Assembly: GCA_964016885.1 (NCBI GenBank)
Contig: OZ024741.1
Span: forward strand, 347,510,001 to 347,574,000
Direction of reading: 5' to 3'
From: Eledone cirrhosa
Taxonomy: Eukaryota
Length of the DNA stretch: 64,000 nucleotides
Shown: positions 25,876 through 38,884 of the stretch, piece after piece
Layout: each line of letters opens with the position of its first letter
Position numbering within the stretch: position 1 is the first letter of the stretch
The notes under the pieces: generated by a model
Told to the model about the DNA's origin: nothing
Database searches by the model: none
The model's input: only the letters and a program-made list of their open reading frames with translations
Program-made: the position numbers and the translations under genes

Positions 25876-28800
25876 TGATAGGACTGGGGTCCCTATCATT
25901 AAATTACCCAAGACACCTCCAACGAGATATACCTTGGAGGAGGCCAGCTAAACCTGCATAGGTGTGAGCTGTCACACACACATATCTAGTGAGTTTACCG
26001 GTAAAATAAGCTTTAAAAGGATGTTTGTCTATTTTACTGGGAACGGCTACGTAGCATATTTCTATAAAAAAAAAGAGAAAATATCTACTGTATAGATTGC
26101 AACTATGAGGAGTCACGTATTAATTCATTAATGCGATTTGGAAGTGCATTTGGTAAAATGGATATAGCTATATGATTTTTAGAGGAAATTGATACATACA
26201 AAGAAGCAATGCAATCGTATAAGGAAAGATGACAATTTGGTTACTATATTGTTTAAATACCTATCTTTCAAATAATCTAACATCTTGGAATCGACTTTAC
26301 CGTCACAGACTACCTATAGGTTATGATATACTATTAAACAGTAGAAAATAAAAATATTGAATTTAGTAAAATAAAAACAAAATCAACGTTGTGCTCTATT
26401 CTTGTTTGAAAGTTGAGTAATAATTGAACTGAGTACAAATTTCTGTTTTTGTTTTGTATAGTATGGAGGTGCACATTTTGACTGGATTTAATCCGTTTCG
26501 TTTACACTCTAAAGATCATATCATTATTATCCTCGTGAAAGCATCTAAACTGACTAACCCAACATTTAGTTTCTAGTCAATCCAGATCTAAAGACCACCC
26601 CATTTCGGCAAATCAAACCAATATTGCTTTTATTAATATAAATATAAATATAAAATGACACTAATTATGATTTTAAAAAATACATTAATGTTTTTTTCTT
26701 GTATTTAATTAGGTATCCTTCCGCAAAATGCATTGATTGACATCAAGCTTATTCGGTGTTGTTATTTTTTTCTTTTTTTGATGACCATAAACAACATGGA
26801 TAAATCATTTTCAGATGGTTGACAGTAGTAAAATATATATTAATATATTATACGTCGGAATTATTAAAAAGCATATAGTGTAATTCATTATTCATCGACG
26901 CGTATGGAAATAGTTGTGAATGACATTTGTTTACAGAAGTTTATCTTTTAAAGATCATGCGAGGTGTGCTATTTCCGTCTCAGTACATACGGCAAACTAT
27001 CAGTTGAGTGTGATGATTAATATAAATTAAAACCTCGAGGTAATCTTTTAAAAATTCAAATTTGTGTGGTAAGTTAGATGACTACGTCAGCGGAAAAAGG
27101 TGATTTGTATTATTACAACATAATTTTCTGCACCCGCATCACCAGCATACAACGATGTTGGTAGTGCCTTTTGTATTCATTTTTTTTTTCTAATATTTCT
27201 GTGAATATAGATATGATAGTTTTCACAAGCTATTTCTGTTTCTGATAACACACTGTAAATTTGATAACGACGAAGTGTAATCGTATCTATCAATCGTAAA
27301 TACTGAGAGCATCAGTAACAATCTCCTTCAGATTCTCGCAGCAGCAGAGGATAATTACAACATATTACAGTAAGAATCGGTGTAAAGCTTCCTTCATATT
27401 CCAGAATATTCTATGATTTATAGGATAGGATCAATTTGAATACCAATAGTAAAAACAAGAAAATCACCTCACAAAACCCTTATTTATTGTTGAATAATAG
27501 CATCGTTATTTCGAGCAAAATCTACTTCATAGATTATAGTGCAATTCCAATATTCCTCTATACACGTTGCTCTGTCTTAATGGTTAAGGTGGAAGATATC
27601 ATATAAATTGCAGATAATCTCCTGTTTTGCTCGTTAATATTATATTTCTTGTATTTGTTTTGTATTTTTCATGTTAGAAGAAATGACTTTCTTCGTCTCT
27701 TTTTGACAGAACACATAAAGTTTCCAGTGAATATCTTTAATATCCCTGCAATTTCTTATATATACTGAGATAAAATTACGTGCTCTATTCTTGAAAACAT
27801 TGATTGATCGCTATTTGCATGAGAGCAAATTTTAAAAGAAACACATGGACCTAATCCACTAAAGTATGTTCAAAGACCAGCCAGCATAATATTGGTTAGA
27901 CGAGAAGTAAATAGTAACCCTGTTTTATATTTTAGTTTCACAACCGTTTACACTACCTCTCTTCATTTTATATGGCTAGCTTAATTGAACTAAGTTTGCT
28001 TGATCGAATTCGAGCAGAGGAAGAGAACTGCGGAACGTGCATTATAATATTGCATTAGTTCTTGAACTAAGTATGTTTAGTACACATTTCAATATATATA
28101 AACCTAAGAAATTATAAGGCATAGTTCCAAAAGAGAAAAAACTCCCATTTGTTTCAATCGCCAATATAATAGTTTCGTCAGTGTAGCATTTTATTGCGAG
28201 ATCTAGCATTTAATCTAAGCATTTAGCATTTAGAACAGATAATACTAGTTTCAATATTTTATTTAGTATTATGTTTTTACCATTTTATTCTGATCATGAT
28301 ATTTGTAATAGTTACACTTTTTTCATTTATTTTAAATCTAGTTTTCTACTCCTCTTTTGTAGCTTATGCTTTAAGAATCGTATAGTTGAAAATTAATACT
28401 ATTAGTTATTGTTGAATTTTATTTTTAAAATTTCATGATACTCCATATAAAAGGTTATCAAGTTTTTTATTATTACCCTGGCCAGATGATGGGGAAATAA
28501 TTCCTATCGGTACCGGTGGTCCCCTGCGAAAGTCTAAAGTATTCCTGAAGCAATAGGTTCATCAGACTAGGGTTTATCCTGTTTTAGGTGGCGTTAAGTG
28601 ATTAAGAGTAAAGGACGCCAGTCCAGCACAGCATTAAACTTTCAGGTACATTTATATGTCATTTATATTTTAGTATACTAACGCAACGTGAAATGAGATG
28701 TTTTGCTTAAGAAAAATGTGTTATATAGACATTTTTTATATTTAATTTCTAACAGCCTAGATTTTAACAAGTGAAGAGATATACCACGTATAGGTATATA

Positions 28801-29015
28801 TATTTCAATATGTAATTACATAATATCCCTGCAACCAAACGAGTGATGAGTGCGTACAAGCTTCTCTACTTTTATCTGTTCCTATTTCTTTCTCTGTCAC
28901 ATATTCTGTAGACGCACACCCACACACACACACACCGAGAAACAAACATTCACATATATATAGAAATATATATATATATGTATACATACTTACATACATA
29001 CACACATATATATAT

Positions 29016-29047
<32 letters not shown>

Positions 29048-29069
29048 GTGTATTTCAAAAACATAATAT

Positions 29070-29241
29070 TTGGTTCTACTTTAGGCACAAGGCCAGCAAA
29101 TTACCCAGTTCATTACTGGTACTTTATTTTATCGACCCCGTAATGATGAAAGGCAAAGTCAACCTCGGCGGGATTTGAACTCAGATCGTAAAGGGACGTA
29201 ACTATGCTGGAAAGCATGGCGTCCGACCCTCTACCGATACT
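29070..29241 (-). mobile_element. tRNA-SINE family 1 copy
   Basis: Near-exact reverse complement of 45974-46160. Confidence 0.85.
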
Positions 29242-30095
29242 GATAAGTTTGTATGCATGTATACAATAAACATAGAGGAGGTGACGATGCAGATGGATTT
29301 CAAACAATAACCAATGTTTAGACATTCGCTGTGGCTGCTGGCACACATAGTTTCTTTTAGTTTTCAGCATATTAATGAAGGTAATTGTAATGCTTCTGTT
29401 CGAACACTAACAAGTGGGTAATACCTTGCAAATGAGGCAAAATATTGCATAGGGTGATATAACGAGATAGTATAATTGTTACAATACATATGCCAACTTA
29501 CACGTAAAAGATGAGAAAAATGATTTACACAAAGCCATGACCAGATAGAAGAAACTTGAAAGTAGTGTTAAACTGTTTAAAAAAATTAAAACTGCTGGTA
29601 TTTAAACGGAAAGTGAAAACAAGTAGAATATAGACAAGACAGAGGAGTAAATGAATTGACGCTGCGTCATGCTACTCTGATCGGTGACAAGAGGGGGAAA
29701 TTAAAAACAGCAGTAAGTAAAAACGAGTGGACATAATGTTGGCATATACGTATGGTGATATATACAAATTAGACCGAATGGTATCTTCATGATTGCTTTC
29801 ATAAATTTGCATATTCATAGTATTTAAAGATGTAAACATGTATTTCCATGAAAATTGATGTTATGATAAACGATTTTTCAGACGCAATTGTTTCCTATGG
29901 AGTCAGTGTGTATATCATCAAAACTACTACAAGAGAATAAGTTGACAACATGACTAAATATCCTCTCATTTATTGGAATAATGTAAAACAGATATATTAT
30001 ACTAATTTACATGTTATTAGCGCCAGCCTGTTACATTAATTCTGATCATATGGAAGCGGTTAAATCTCTATACCCATAATGTGTATGTTTGCATG

Positions 30096-30160
<65 letters not shown>

Positions 30161-30515
30161 AAAGAACGATGAAATCGAAAATGCAACTGGAGTCTTTTTT
30201 TTTTAAATATATATTTATTTGGTCCCTTTACCGGTTTCGCAGTTCTTCTGCTTTTCAAAAGTAAAATTGAGATGGAGGGTTTGTGTTTTTTCTCATATAT
30301 ATATATATATATATAAATTGGCGAGAATCGTATTTCGGCTATTGGAAATTAGCGAAAAACAACTTCCGAGATGTGTGGCAAGCGCTCAATAGAAGCAAGT
30401 GAACTAGAGCTACATCATAAGTTAAAAGACCAAACACACTGAGACGACGGTTAAACAATCATCCGCACAGCCATAGAAACGACTAAGTAATTCAGGTCAA
30501 ACAAATAAATTATGA

Positions 30516-30587
<72 letters not shown>

Positions 30588-30887
30588 GTTGTGTGTGTGT
30601 GTGTGTGTATGTGTGGGTGTGTGTGTGTGTGTGTTCCTCTGTGTGTGTTTGTGACAGAGAGTGTGTGTGTGGATGTTTGTGTGGAATACAACTATTATCG
30701 TTCGTAGCAGTAGTAGCAGCAATACCTGCTGCCGCAACACCAGTACTAGTAGTGCATTGGTACGACAATAATTAAAATCTCCCAAAGTTTCGTATGTCAA
30801 AAATCTGTTTATAGTTCCTGCTCGACACGTTTACACACACACACACAAAACACACAAACCCACACATACAGACACACATACTCATTC

Positions 30888-30943
<56 letters not shown>

Positions 30944-30948
<5 letters not shown>

Positions 30949-31001
30949 AGTATGTATGTATACGTACATACATATATGTATACAGACGTACAGTAGCATG
31001 C

Positions 31002-31003
<2 letters not shown>
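30944..31003. repeat. Outer left arm of an older fold-back (inverted copy at 39621-39680)
   Basis: 60-bp reverse complement match with one mismatch (tagcatgcat vs atgcatgata). Confidence 0.85.
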
Positions 31004-31061
<58 letters not shown>

Positions 31062-31204
31062 ATACTTTGGGAGGGTCATGTTGCCAATAAGAAACACACG
31101 CACCAGTTGCTTTCACTTCAATTTAATTTAATATATATTTATAAATTTACAAATTTCTGGTTGGTTGGTTGGTTCCACAACCAGATAGTTGTTTATATAT
31201 ATAT

Positions 31205-31249
31205 AGTCATAGTTCTTTCGTCACACACTCTGTGACCTCTTCAGTGACT
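31205..31249 (-). ncRNA. Minimal type I hammerhead ribozyme in left pseudo-LTR
   Basis: Exact reverse complement of 38637-38681. Confidence 0.82.
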
Positions 31250-31546
31250 GGGGATTTCTTTCTTCGTTTCTGTGCCTTTCCTTTCTTCTATCCTACGCCA
31301 TTTTGTTTGTGTGTGGGTTGCGTGCTCAGTTTGCGCATGCGCCACATCCGGGTGTCTGTGTGTGTTTGTGTTCATTTTTCTATTTTTCTATTTATATTTG
31401 TTTGTTTATTTATTTATTTATTGTTGGTTGGTTGTTTGTTCTATGTGTGTGTGTGTTTTCATTTTGTCTTGTGTGTGTTTTCATTTTGTGTGTGTTTTCA
31501 ATTGTAAGTTGTTTGTTCTATGTGTGTGTGTGTTTTCATTTTGTCC

Positions 31547-34500
31547 TTAATTGTAAGTTGTGATGTTGCTGTTCCACTCATATTTTCTATTTAATTTTGG
31601 TTTTAATTCTTTTATGCTTACTGCCTCTGTAATTTGCCTAAACATTGCGTCTTTCTTGTGTGTGGATTCTATTTTTATTTCTATGCTCTCTAATTTACCC
31701 CTGTGTTCTATCTTAGCATGTTGGTAGAGCACAGATGATTCTTTACTATCTTGGAGGTCTCGCCAGTGTTCATTTATTCGTTCCCCTATACTACGAGCTG
31801 TCTCACCTATGTACACTATATTTTTGTTTCTACATTGTCCTTCAGTACATCTTATGCTATATACTACATTTCTAGTTTTACAGTTAATATGGGGGCTTAT
31901 TTTACAGGTTATACATTTCTTATCTATACATGAGGGTCTTTGGAACGGGTATGTCTTGCTAATAAGTGTTTTTACGGAGGTACCAGGTCTTTCTACTATC
32001 TTAATATTGAGATTATGTTTCTTTAGGGCCCTTCTAAATTTGTAGGCTAGTTCGCCTCTAGGGGTTGTATTGATGAACATTACACTCTGGTATTTATTGC
32101 TATCATACCATGAGTTTATTCTATTGGCCTTGTTCTTAGTTCTTTCTATTCTATTCCAAAATTTGCTCCTATACAAGGGGCAGGTCCCATTTATGTCATT
32201 ATTTACCATTTTTTCCCATTTGGTTCTGGCTCCTTTATACACTCTGATTCTATCTCTCTGATTGTAGCCGGAGAACTGCATACGGTGGATAAAGTGTTGT
32301 ATGTGTCTCTCTAGTTCTTCGGGGTTGCACATGCGGGACACATTTCTCATCACCCGTATCAAATCCGCAATCAGTATGTTGATTTTGGTATGGTCCGAAA
32401 TGGCCGAGTTTCGGTGGATCAGATGTTTGGAAGTCATGGGTTTGGCATAATGGGAATGGAGGATTTGTTTTTGGTTGTTAATAGTATCTAACCAGAGCTC
32501 TGTGTCTAGTACAGGTAATCGATGGTTGGTGTGTCTACTTGGGTATTCTATAGTAACTCTAATGCTCTGGTGGATGGAGTTTGCTATTTGCTGGATGCTT
32601 TCCATTGTGTTTTTCTCTGGTTCCTGACTGTTCTTTAGTGGGGGTGTCTTAACTACGATGTTTATATCATCTACGTAGCGGGAGTACATTATCAGGGTTA
32701 AGCTGTCTTCTAATTGTTCTTTAAGTTTTTGTTTAAGTCTACTGTCCCACCATACCATGAACAAGTTAGCTATGTCGCCTGCAATGCTAACACCAATGGC
32801 TGCTCCTTCCTCTTGGGCATATGTTTTACCATTAAATTTGAACATATGTTCCTTAAGGGTTAATTTTATGCTGGCCCCTACCGCATGTGCAATCATTTTC
32901 TTCAGTTCATCGTGGTTTTCGGGTGTCCGTATGGCTCTGGTCCACCCGTTCCATCTATCTGTGTGGCTTTTCTTGGCCATTGAGGTAATGGTAGGTGGTC
33001 TGCCTCTTGCTGGTCTTGTAGGGCACAGGTTGCTAAGGTCATAAGTGTCTAGGTAACTATTACTATGGGTAAGCTTAAGTAGAAGTCCCAGCTCACTGGT
33101 ATCAATCCCACGGAACTCAACCTTGCTCTCGCTGATCATTTCGACGCATTTCTCCACAGCAAAATCCACGTCAATAGATGGATACAGGGACACAACATCC
33201 ATACTGCCTATTATGCAGTTTGTTAGGTCCCCAGATCGGTTACCCGCGCCGATTCTGCTGAGGAGGTCCTCCGTGCTGTCACACACATCTGGGGACATCT
33301 CAATGATGGGGCGTATGATCAGGGAGAGGAAGTAGGACAGTCTGTAGTTACTAGCAATGTTAGCCCCACAGACTGGCCGTGTTGGTGGTCCCGCGGCAGG
33401 GTCCCAGCCCGTTTTATGGTCTTTTCGAAGCCCATACAACGCCGGCACGTCATTGTTCCAGGCCTGGAAGTTGTTGGCAGTCCTTTTGTTGGGCTGCATT
33501 ATATTTGTCCACATCACCATATGGGCATTGAGGGTTTTTTCTCTATCCTCATGCTCCTGTGGTGTTACCTCTCTTGTGTTAGTGATGTGGGGTTGCATTG
33601 CCTGGATGTAGTTTGGCAGGCTGACAACCGACATTCTGCCAGACTTGTCTGTTGGAAAGCATGCTATCTCTCCATTACGCGAGCGCTGCATGAGCTTACG
33701 CAAGCCATTTGCAGATTCTTCTCCCAGTTGCTGGGCCTCTATTCTATTATGCTTCTTGCTATACTGTTCTATAATATTTCTAAGTTCGGATTTAGCTATA
33801 CTAAATTGTGCTTCTGTTTGTTCATCGACCTGCGACGGCAACTGCGTGCGTTTGTTAAATGGCAAAGTCGTGGCGTGGACTCGTCGTAGGTCGAATGATT
33901 TATCGGAGGGGTTATAAAACGGAGAGTTCCAGGCTGCTGCTTTATGTGTACTAGTGCTATTGTTAGTTGTGTTGTTTCTATTTCCACCAACAGCAGCAGC
34001 CTCAGCTTCATGGTTGTTTCTATGTCTCTCATAATTACTCCTGTCTCTTTCCACTGGCTCAATGTTGTTATCTACCCTATTTTGTGTGTCTGTGTGTTCG
34101 TCTTGGTTATTCTCTTTGTCCTTAGTCTCCCTACTCCTTTTAATCCTATTACTTTCTCTTATTTCTCTGATTTCTGTGCTACTGTCATTACTTGTTTTCT
34201 GTGTCTGTGTGTTTGTTAAGATTGTAGTGGTGGTGAGAGGCATTGAATGTGTGTGTGTTGTTGTTGTTGATGTGTGTTGTTGTTGATGTGTGTTGTTGTT
34301 GATGTGTGTTGTTGTCTCCGTGTGTGTGTGTGTTATCGTTGTTGTGTGTGTTGTTATTGTTGTTTGTGTTTGCGTGTCTGTTGTTGTTGTATCTGGGTAT
34401 GTTGCTGTTGTTGTTGTTGTTGATGTGTGTGTTGTTGTTATTGTTGTCTCCGTGTGTGTTGTTATTGTTGTTTGTGTCTGCGTGTCTGTTGTATCTGGGT

Positions 34501-34950
34501 ATGTTGCTATTGTTGGTGTTGTATCTGGGTATGTTGCTATTGTTGTTGTTATTGTTGTTTGTGTCTGTGTGTCTGTTGTTGTTGGGATGTGTGTTGTATA
34601 TGTGTGTGCGTATATTGTTGCTTTTGTTTTTGTTTTTGATGCTCCAGCGTAGTTTCGTAAATGATTTTTCTATTTCTGACAGACAACTAATCATATTTAC
34701 CTTCTTGAATGTCGCAAATTTGGGTGGCAGACGTAACACAGACATTTCATTATTATCTATTTTCGTGTTTCCATAAATGTTGGTATTTTCATTGTTGAAC
34801 TCTTCAGATAATGAGGTGTCGGCCATGTTGATACCGTCAATTTTGTCGGGATATCTATTGGTATACTCTATAGTATCCCGATTTAGCTTTGCCTGTTTAA
34901 GCCACTTTAATTTTCTGTTAAAGTGCTTATTACATTCTTGAGTAATATAC
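31547..34950 (-). pseudogene. Penelope-like RT/GIY-YIG ORF, left arm; frameshifted by a 16-bp repeat indel near 34265-34300
   Basis: Split into ORFs 34188-34979 and 31547-34243 (898 aa, RT and EN intact); mirror coordinates shift by 16 across the Asn-rich repeat. Confidence 0.9.
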
Positions 34951-37900
34951 AGTACATTACTCAAGAATGTAATAAGCACTTTAACAGAAAATTAAAGTGG
35001 CTTAAACAGGCAAAGCTAAATCGGGATACTATAGAGTATACCAATAGATATCCCGACAAAATTGACGGTATCAACATGGCCGACACCTCATTATCTGAAG
35101 AGTTCAACAATGAAAATACCAACATTTATGGAAACACGAAAATAGATAATAATGAAATGTCTGTGTTACGTCTGCCACCCAAATTTGCGACATTCAAGAA
35201 GGTAAATATGATTAGTTGTCTGTCAGAAATAGAAAAATCATTTACGAAACTACGCTGGAGCATCAAAAACAAAAACAAAAGCAACAATATACGCACACAC
35301 ATATACAACACACATCCCAACAACAACAGACACACAGACACAAACAACAATAACAACAACAATAGCAACATACCCAGATACAACACCAACAATAGCAACA
35401 TACCCAGATACAACAGACACGCAGACACAAACAACAATAACAACACACACGGAGACAACAATAACAACAACACACACATCAACAACAACAACAACAGCAA
35501 CATACCCAGATACAACAACAACAGACACGCAAACACAAACAACAATAACAACACACACAACAACGATAACACACACACACACGGAGACAACAACACACAT
35601 CAACAACAACACACATCAACAACAACAACACACACACATTCAATGCCTCTCACCACCACTACAATCTTAACAAACACACAGACACAGAAAACAAGTAATG
35701 ACAGTAGCACAGAAATCAGAGAAATAAGAGAAAGTAATAGGATTAAAAGGAGTAGGGAGACTAAGGACAAAGAGAATAAACAAGACGAACACACAGACAC
35801 ACAAAATAGGGTAGATAACAACATTGAGCCAGTGGAAAGAGACATGAGTAATTATGAGAGACATAGAAACAACCATGAAGCTGAGACTGCTGCTGTTGGT
35901 GGAAATAGAAACAACACAACTAACAATAGCACTAGTACACATAAAGCAGCAGCCTGGAACTCTCCGTTTTATAACCCCTCCGATAAATCATTCGACCTAC
36001 GACGAGTCCACGCCACGACTTTGCCATTTAACAAACGCACGCAGTTGCCGCCGCAGGTCGATGAACAAACAGAAGCACAATTTAGTATAGCTAAATCCGA
36101 ACTTAGAAATATTATAGAACAGTATAGCAAGAAGCATAATAGAATAGAGGCCCAGCAACTGGGAGAAGAATCTGCAAATGGCTTGCGTAAGCTCATGCAG
36201 CGCTCGCGTAATGGAGAGATAGCATGCTTTCCAACAGACAAGTCTGGCAGAATGTCGGTTGACAGCCTGCCAAACTACATCCAAGCAATGCAACCCCACA
36301 TCACTAACACAAGAGAGGTAACACCACAGGAGCATGAGGATAGAGAAAAAACCCTCAATGCCCATATGGTGATGTGGACAAATATAATGCAGCCCAACAA
36401 AAGGACTGCCAACAACTTCCAGGCCTGGAACAATGACGTGCCGGCGTTGTATGGGCTTCGAAAAGACCATAAAACGGGCTGGGACCCTGCCGCGGGACCA
36501 CCAACACGGCCAGTCTGTGGGGCTAACATTGCTAGTAACTACAGACTGTCCTACTTCCTCTCCCTGATCATACGCCCCATCATTGAGATGTCCCCAGATG
36601 TGTGTGACAGCACGGAGGACCTCCTCAGCAGAATCGGCGCGGGTAACCGATCTGGGGACCTAACAAACTGCATAATAGGCAGTATGGATGTTGTGTCCCT
36701 GTATCCATCTATTGACGTGGATTTTGCAGTGGAGAAATGCGTCGAAATGATCAGCGAGAGCAAGGTTGAGTTCCGTGGGATTGATACCAGTGAGCTGGGA
36801 CTTCTACTTAAGCTTACCCATAGTAATAGTTACCTAGACACTTATGACCTTAGCAACCTGTGCCCTACAAGACCAGCAAGAGGCAGACCACCTACCATTA
36901 CCTCAATGGCCAAGAAAAGCCACACAGATAGATGGAACGGGTGGACCAGAGCCATACGGACACCCGAAAACCACGATGAACTGAAGAAAATGATTGCACA
37001 TGCGGTAGGGGCCAGCATAAAATTAACCCTTAAGGAACATATGTTCAAATTTAATGGTAAAACATATGCCCAAGAGGAAGGAGCAGCCATTGGTGTTAGC
37101 ATTGCAGGCGACATAGCTAACTTGTTCATGGTATGGTGGGACAGTAGACTTAAACAAAAACTTAAAGAACAATTAGAAGACAGCTTAACCCTGATAATGT
37201 ACTCCCGCTACGTAGATGATATAAACATCGTAGTTAAGACACCCCCACTAAAGAACAGTCAGGAACCAGAGAAAAACACAATGGAAAGCATCCAGCAAAT
37301 AGCAAACTCCATCCACCAGAGCATTAGAGTTACTATAGACTACCCAAGTAGACACACCAACCATCGATTACCTGTACTAGACACAGAGCTCTGGTTAGAT
37401 ACTATTAACAACCAAAAACAAATCCTCCATTCCCATTATGCCAAACCCATGACTTCCAAACATCTGATCCACCGAAACTCGGCCATTTCGGACCATACCA
37501 AAATCAACATACTGATTGCGGATTTGATACGGGTGATGAGAAATGTGTCCCGCATGTGCAACCCCGAAGAACTAGAGAGACACATACAACACTTCATCCA
37601 CCGTATGCAGTTCTCTGGCTACAATCAGAGAGATAGAATCAGAGTGTATAAAGGAGCCAGAACCAAATGGGAAAAAATGGTAAATAATGACATAAATGGG
37701 ACCTGCCCCTTGTATAGGAGCAAATTTTGGAATAGAATAGAAAGAACTAAGAACAAGGCCAATAGAATAAACTCATGGTATGATAGCAATAAATACCAGA
37801 GTGTAATGTTCATCAATACAACCCCTAGAGGCGAACTAGCCTACAAATTTAGAAGGGCCCTAAAGAAACATAATCTCAATATTAAGATAGTAGAAAGACC

Positions 37901-38339
37901 TGGTACCTCCGTAAAAACACTTATTAGCAAGACATACCCGTTCCAAAGACCCTCATGTATAGATAAGAAATGTATAACCTGTAAAATAAGCCCCCATATT
38001 AACTGTAAAACTAGAAATGTAGTATATAGCATAAGATGTACTGAAGGACAATGTAGAAACAAAAATATAGTGTACATAGGTGAGACAGCTCGTAGTATAG
38101 GGGAACGAATAAATGAACACTGGCGAGACCTCCAAGATAGTAAAGAATCATCTGTGCTCTACCAACATGCTAAGATAGAACACAGGGGTAAATTAGAGAG
38201 CATAGAAATAAAAATAGAATCCACACACAAGAAAGACGCAATGTTTAGGCAAATTACAGAGGCAGTAAGCATAAAAGAATTAAAACCAAAATTAAATAGA
38301 AAATATGAGTGGAACAGCAACATCACAACTTACAATTAA
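34923..38339 (+). CDS. Penelope-like polyprotein (reverse transcriptase + C-terminal GIY-YIG endonuclease), open but 5'-truncated at the palindrome axis
   Basis: 1138-codon open frame (first ATG 35076): PTDKSG, LYGLRKDHK, RPVCG, SMDVVSLYPSI, GAAIG, RYVDD, LPVLD; Cys linker CIDKKCITC..C; VVYSIRC..C..YIGET..RINEH..QH..H..E..LN. The called GTG start lies in the opposite arm and is not a real start. Confidence 0.93.
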   Translation: MLITFLSNIQYITQECNKHFNRKLKWLKQAKLNRDTIEYTNRYPDKIDGINMADTSLSEEFNNENTNIYGNTKIDNNEMSVLRLPPKFATFKKVNMISCLSEIEKSFTKLRWSIKNKNKSNNIRTHIYNTHPNNNRHTDTNNNNNNNSNIPRYNTNNSNIPRYNRHADTNNNNNTHGDNNNNNTHINNNNNSNIPRYNNNRHANTNNNNNTHNNDNTHTHGDNNTHQQQHTSTTTTHTHSMPLTTTTILTNTQTQKTSNDSSTEIREIRESNRIKRSRETKDKENKQDEHTDTQNRVDNNIEPVERDMSNYERHRNNHEAETAAVGGNRNNTTNNSTSTHKAAAWNSPFYNPSDKSFDLRRVHATTLPFNKRTQLPPQVDEQTEAQFSIAKSELRNIIEQYSKKHNRIEAQQLGEESANGLRKLMQRSRNGEIACFPTDKSGRMSVDSLPNYIQAMQPHITNTREVTPQEHEDREKTLNAHMVMWTNIMQPNKRTANNFQAWNNDVPALYGLRKDHKTGWDPAAGPPTRPVCGANIASNYRLSYFLSLIIRPIIEMSPDVCDSTEDLLSRIGAGNRSGDLTNCIIGSMDVVSLYPSIDVDFAVEKCVEMISESKVEFRGIDTSELGLLLKLTHSNSYLDTYDLSNLCPTRPARGRPPTITSMAKKSHTDRWNGWTRAIRTPENHDELKKMIAHAVGASIKLTLKEHMFKFNGKTYAQEEGAAIGVSIAGDIANLFMVWWDSRLKQKLKEQLEDSLTLIMYSRYVDDINIVVKTPPLKNSQEPEKNTMESIQQIANSIHQSIRVTIDYPSRHTNHRLPVLDTELWLDTINNQKQILHSHYAKPMTSKHLIHRNSAISDHTKINILIADLIRVMRNVSRMCNPEELERHIQHFIHRMQFSGYNQRDRIRVYKGARTKWEKMVNNDINGTCPLYRSKFWNRIERTKNKANRINSWYDSNKYQSVMFINTTPRGELAYKFRRALKKHNLNIKIVERPGTSVKTLISKTYPFQRPSCIDKKCITCKISPHINCKTRNVVYSIRCTEGQCRNKNIVYIGETARSIGERINEHWRDLQDSKESSVLYQHAKIEHRGKLESIEIKIESTHKKDAMFRQITEAVSIKELKPKLNRKYEWNSNITTYN

Positions 38340-38636
38340 GGACAAAATGAAAACACACACACACATAGAACAAACAACTTACAATTGAAAACACACACAA
38401 AATGAAAACACACACAAGACAAAATGAAAACACACACACACATAGAACAAACAACCAACCAACAATAAATAAATAAATAAACAAACAAATATAAATAGAA
38501 AAATAGAAAAATGAACACAAACACACACAGACACCCGGATGTGGCGCATGCGCAAACTGAGCACGCAACCCACACACAAACAAAATGGCGTAGGATAGAA
38601 GAAAGGAAAGGCACAGAAACGAAGAAAGAAATCCCC

Positions 38637-38681
38637 AGTCACTGAAGAGGTCACAGAGTGTGTGACGAAAGAACTATGACT
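38637..38681 (+). ncRNA. Minimal type I hammerhead ribozyme in right pseudo-LTR
   Basis: AGUCA-CUGAAGAG-GUCAC(agagugu)GUGAC-GAAA-gaac-UA^UGACU; predicted cleavage after 38676. Confidence 0.85.
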
Positions 38682-38884
38682 ATATATATATAAACAACTA
38701 TCTGGTTGTGGAACCAACCAACCAACCAGAAATTTGTAAATTTATAAATATATATTAAATTAAATTGAAGTGAAAGCAACTGGTGCGTGTGTTTCTTATT
38801 GGCAACATGACCCTCCCAAAGTATAACAATATCGGTCTCAACACACGATTTCAGATAAAGAATCTTGCTAAACAAATTCAGAAA

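Noticed and set aside
28477-28572. Minus-strand CUGAUGA followed by a stem, possible hammerhead
   Set aside because: No GAAA/stem III/UH in the right place; reads as an imperfect hairpin at a TAA-tailed repeat end.
34923-34979. Overlapping divergent start codons (MLITFLSN..) for the two Penelope ORFs
   Set aside because: GTG starts created by reading through the palindrome axis into the opposite arm; not native N-termini.
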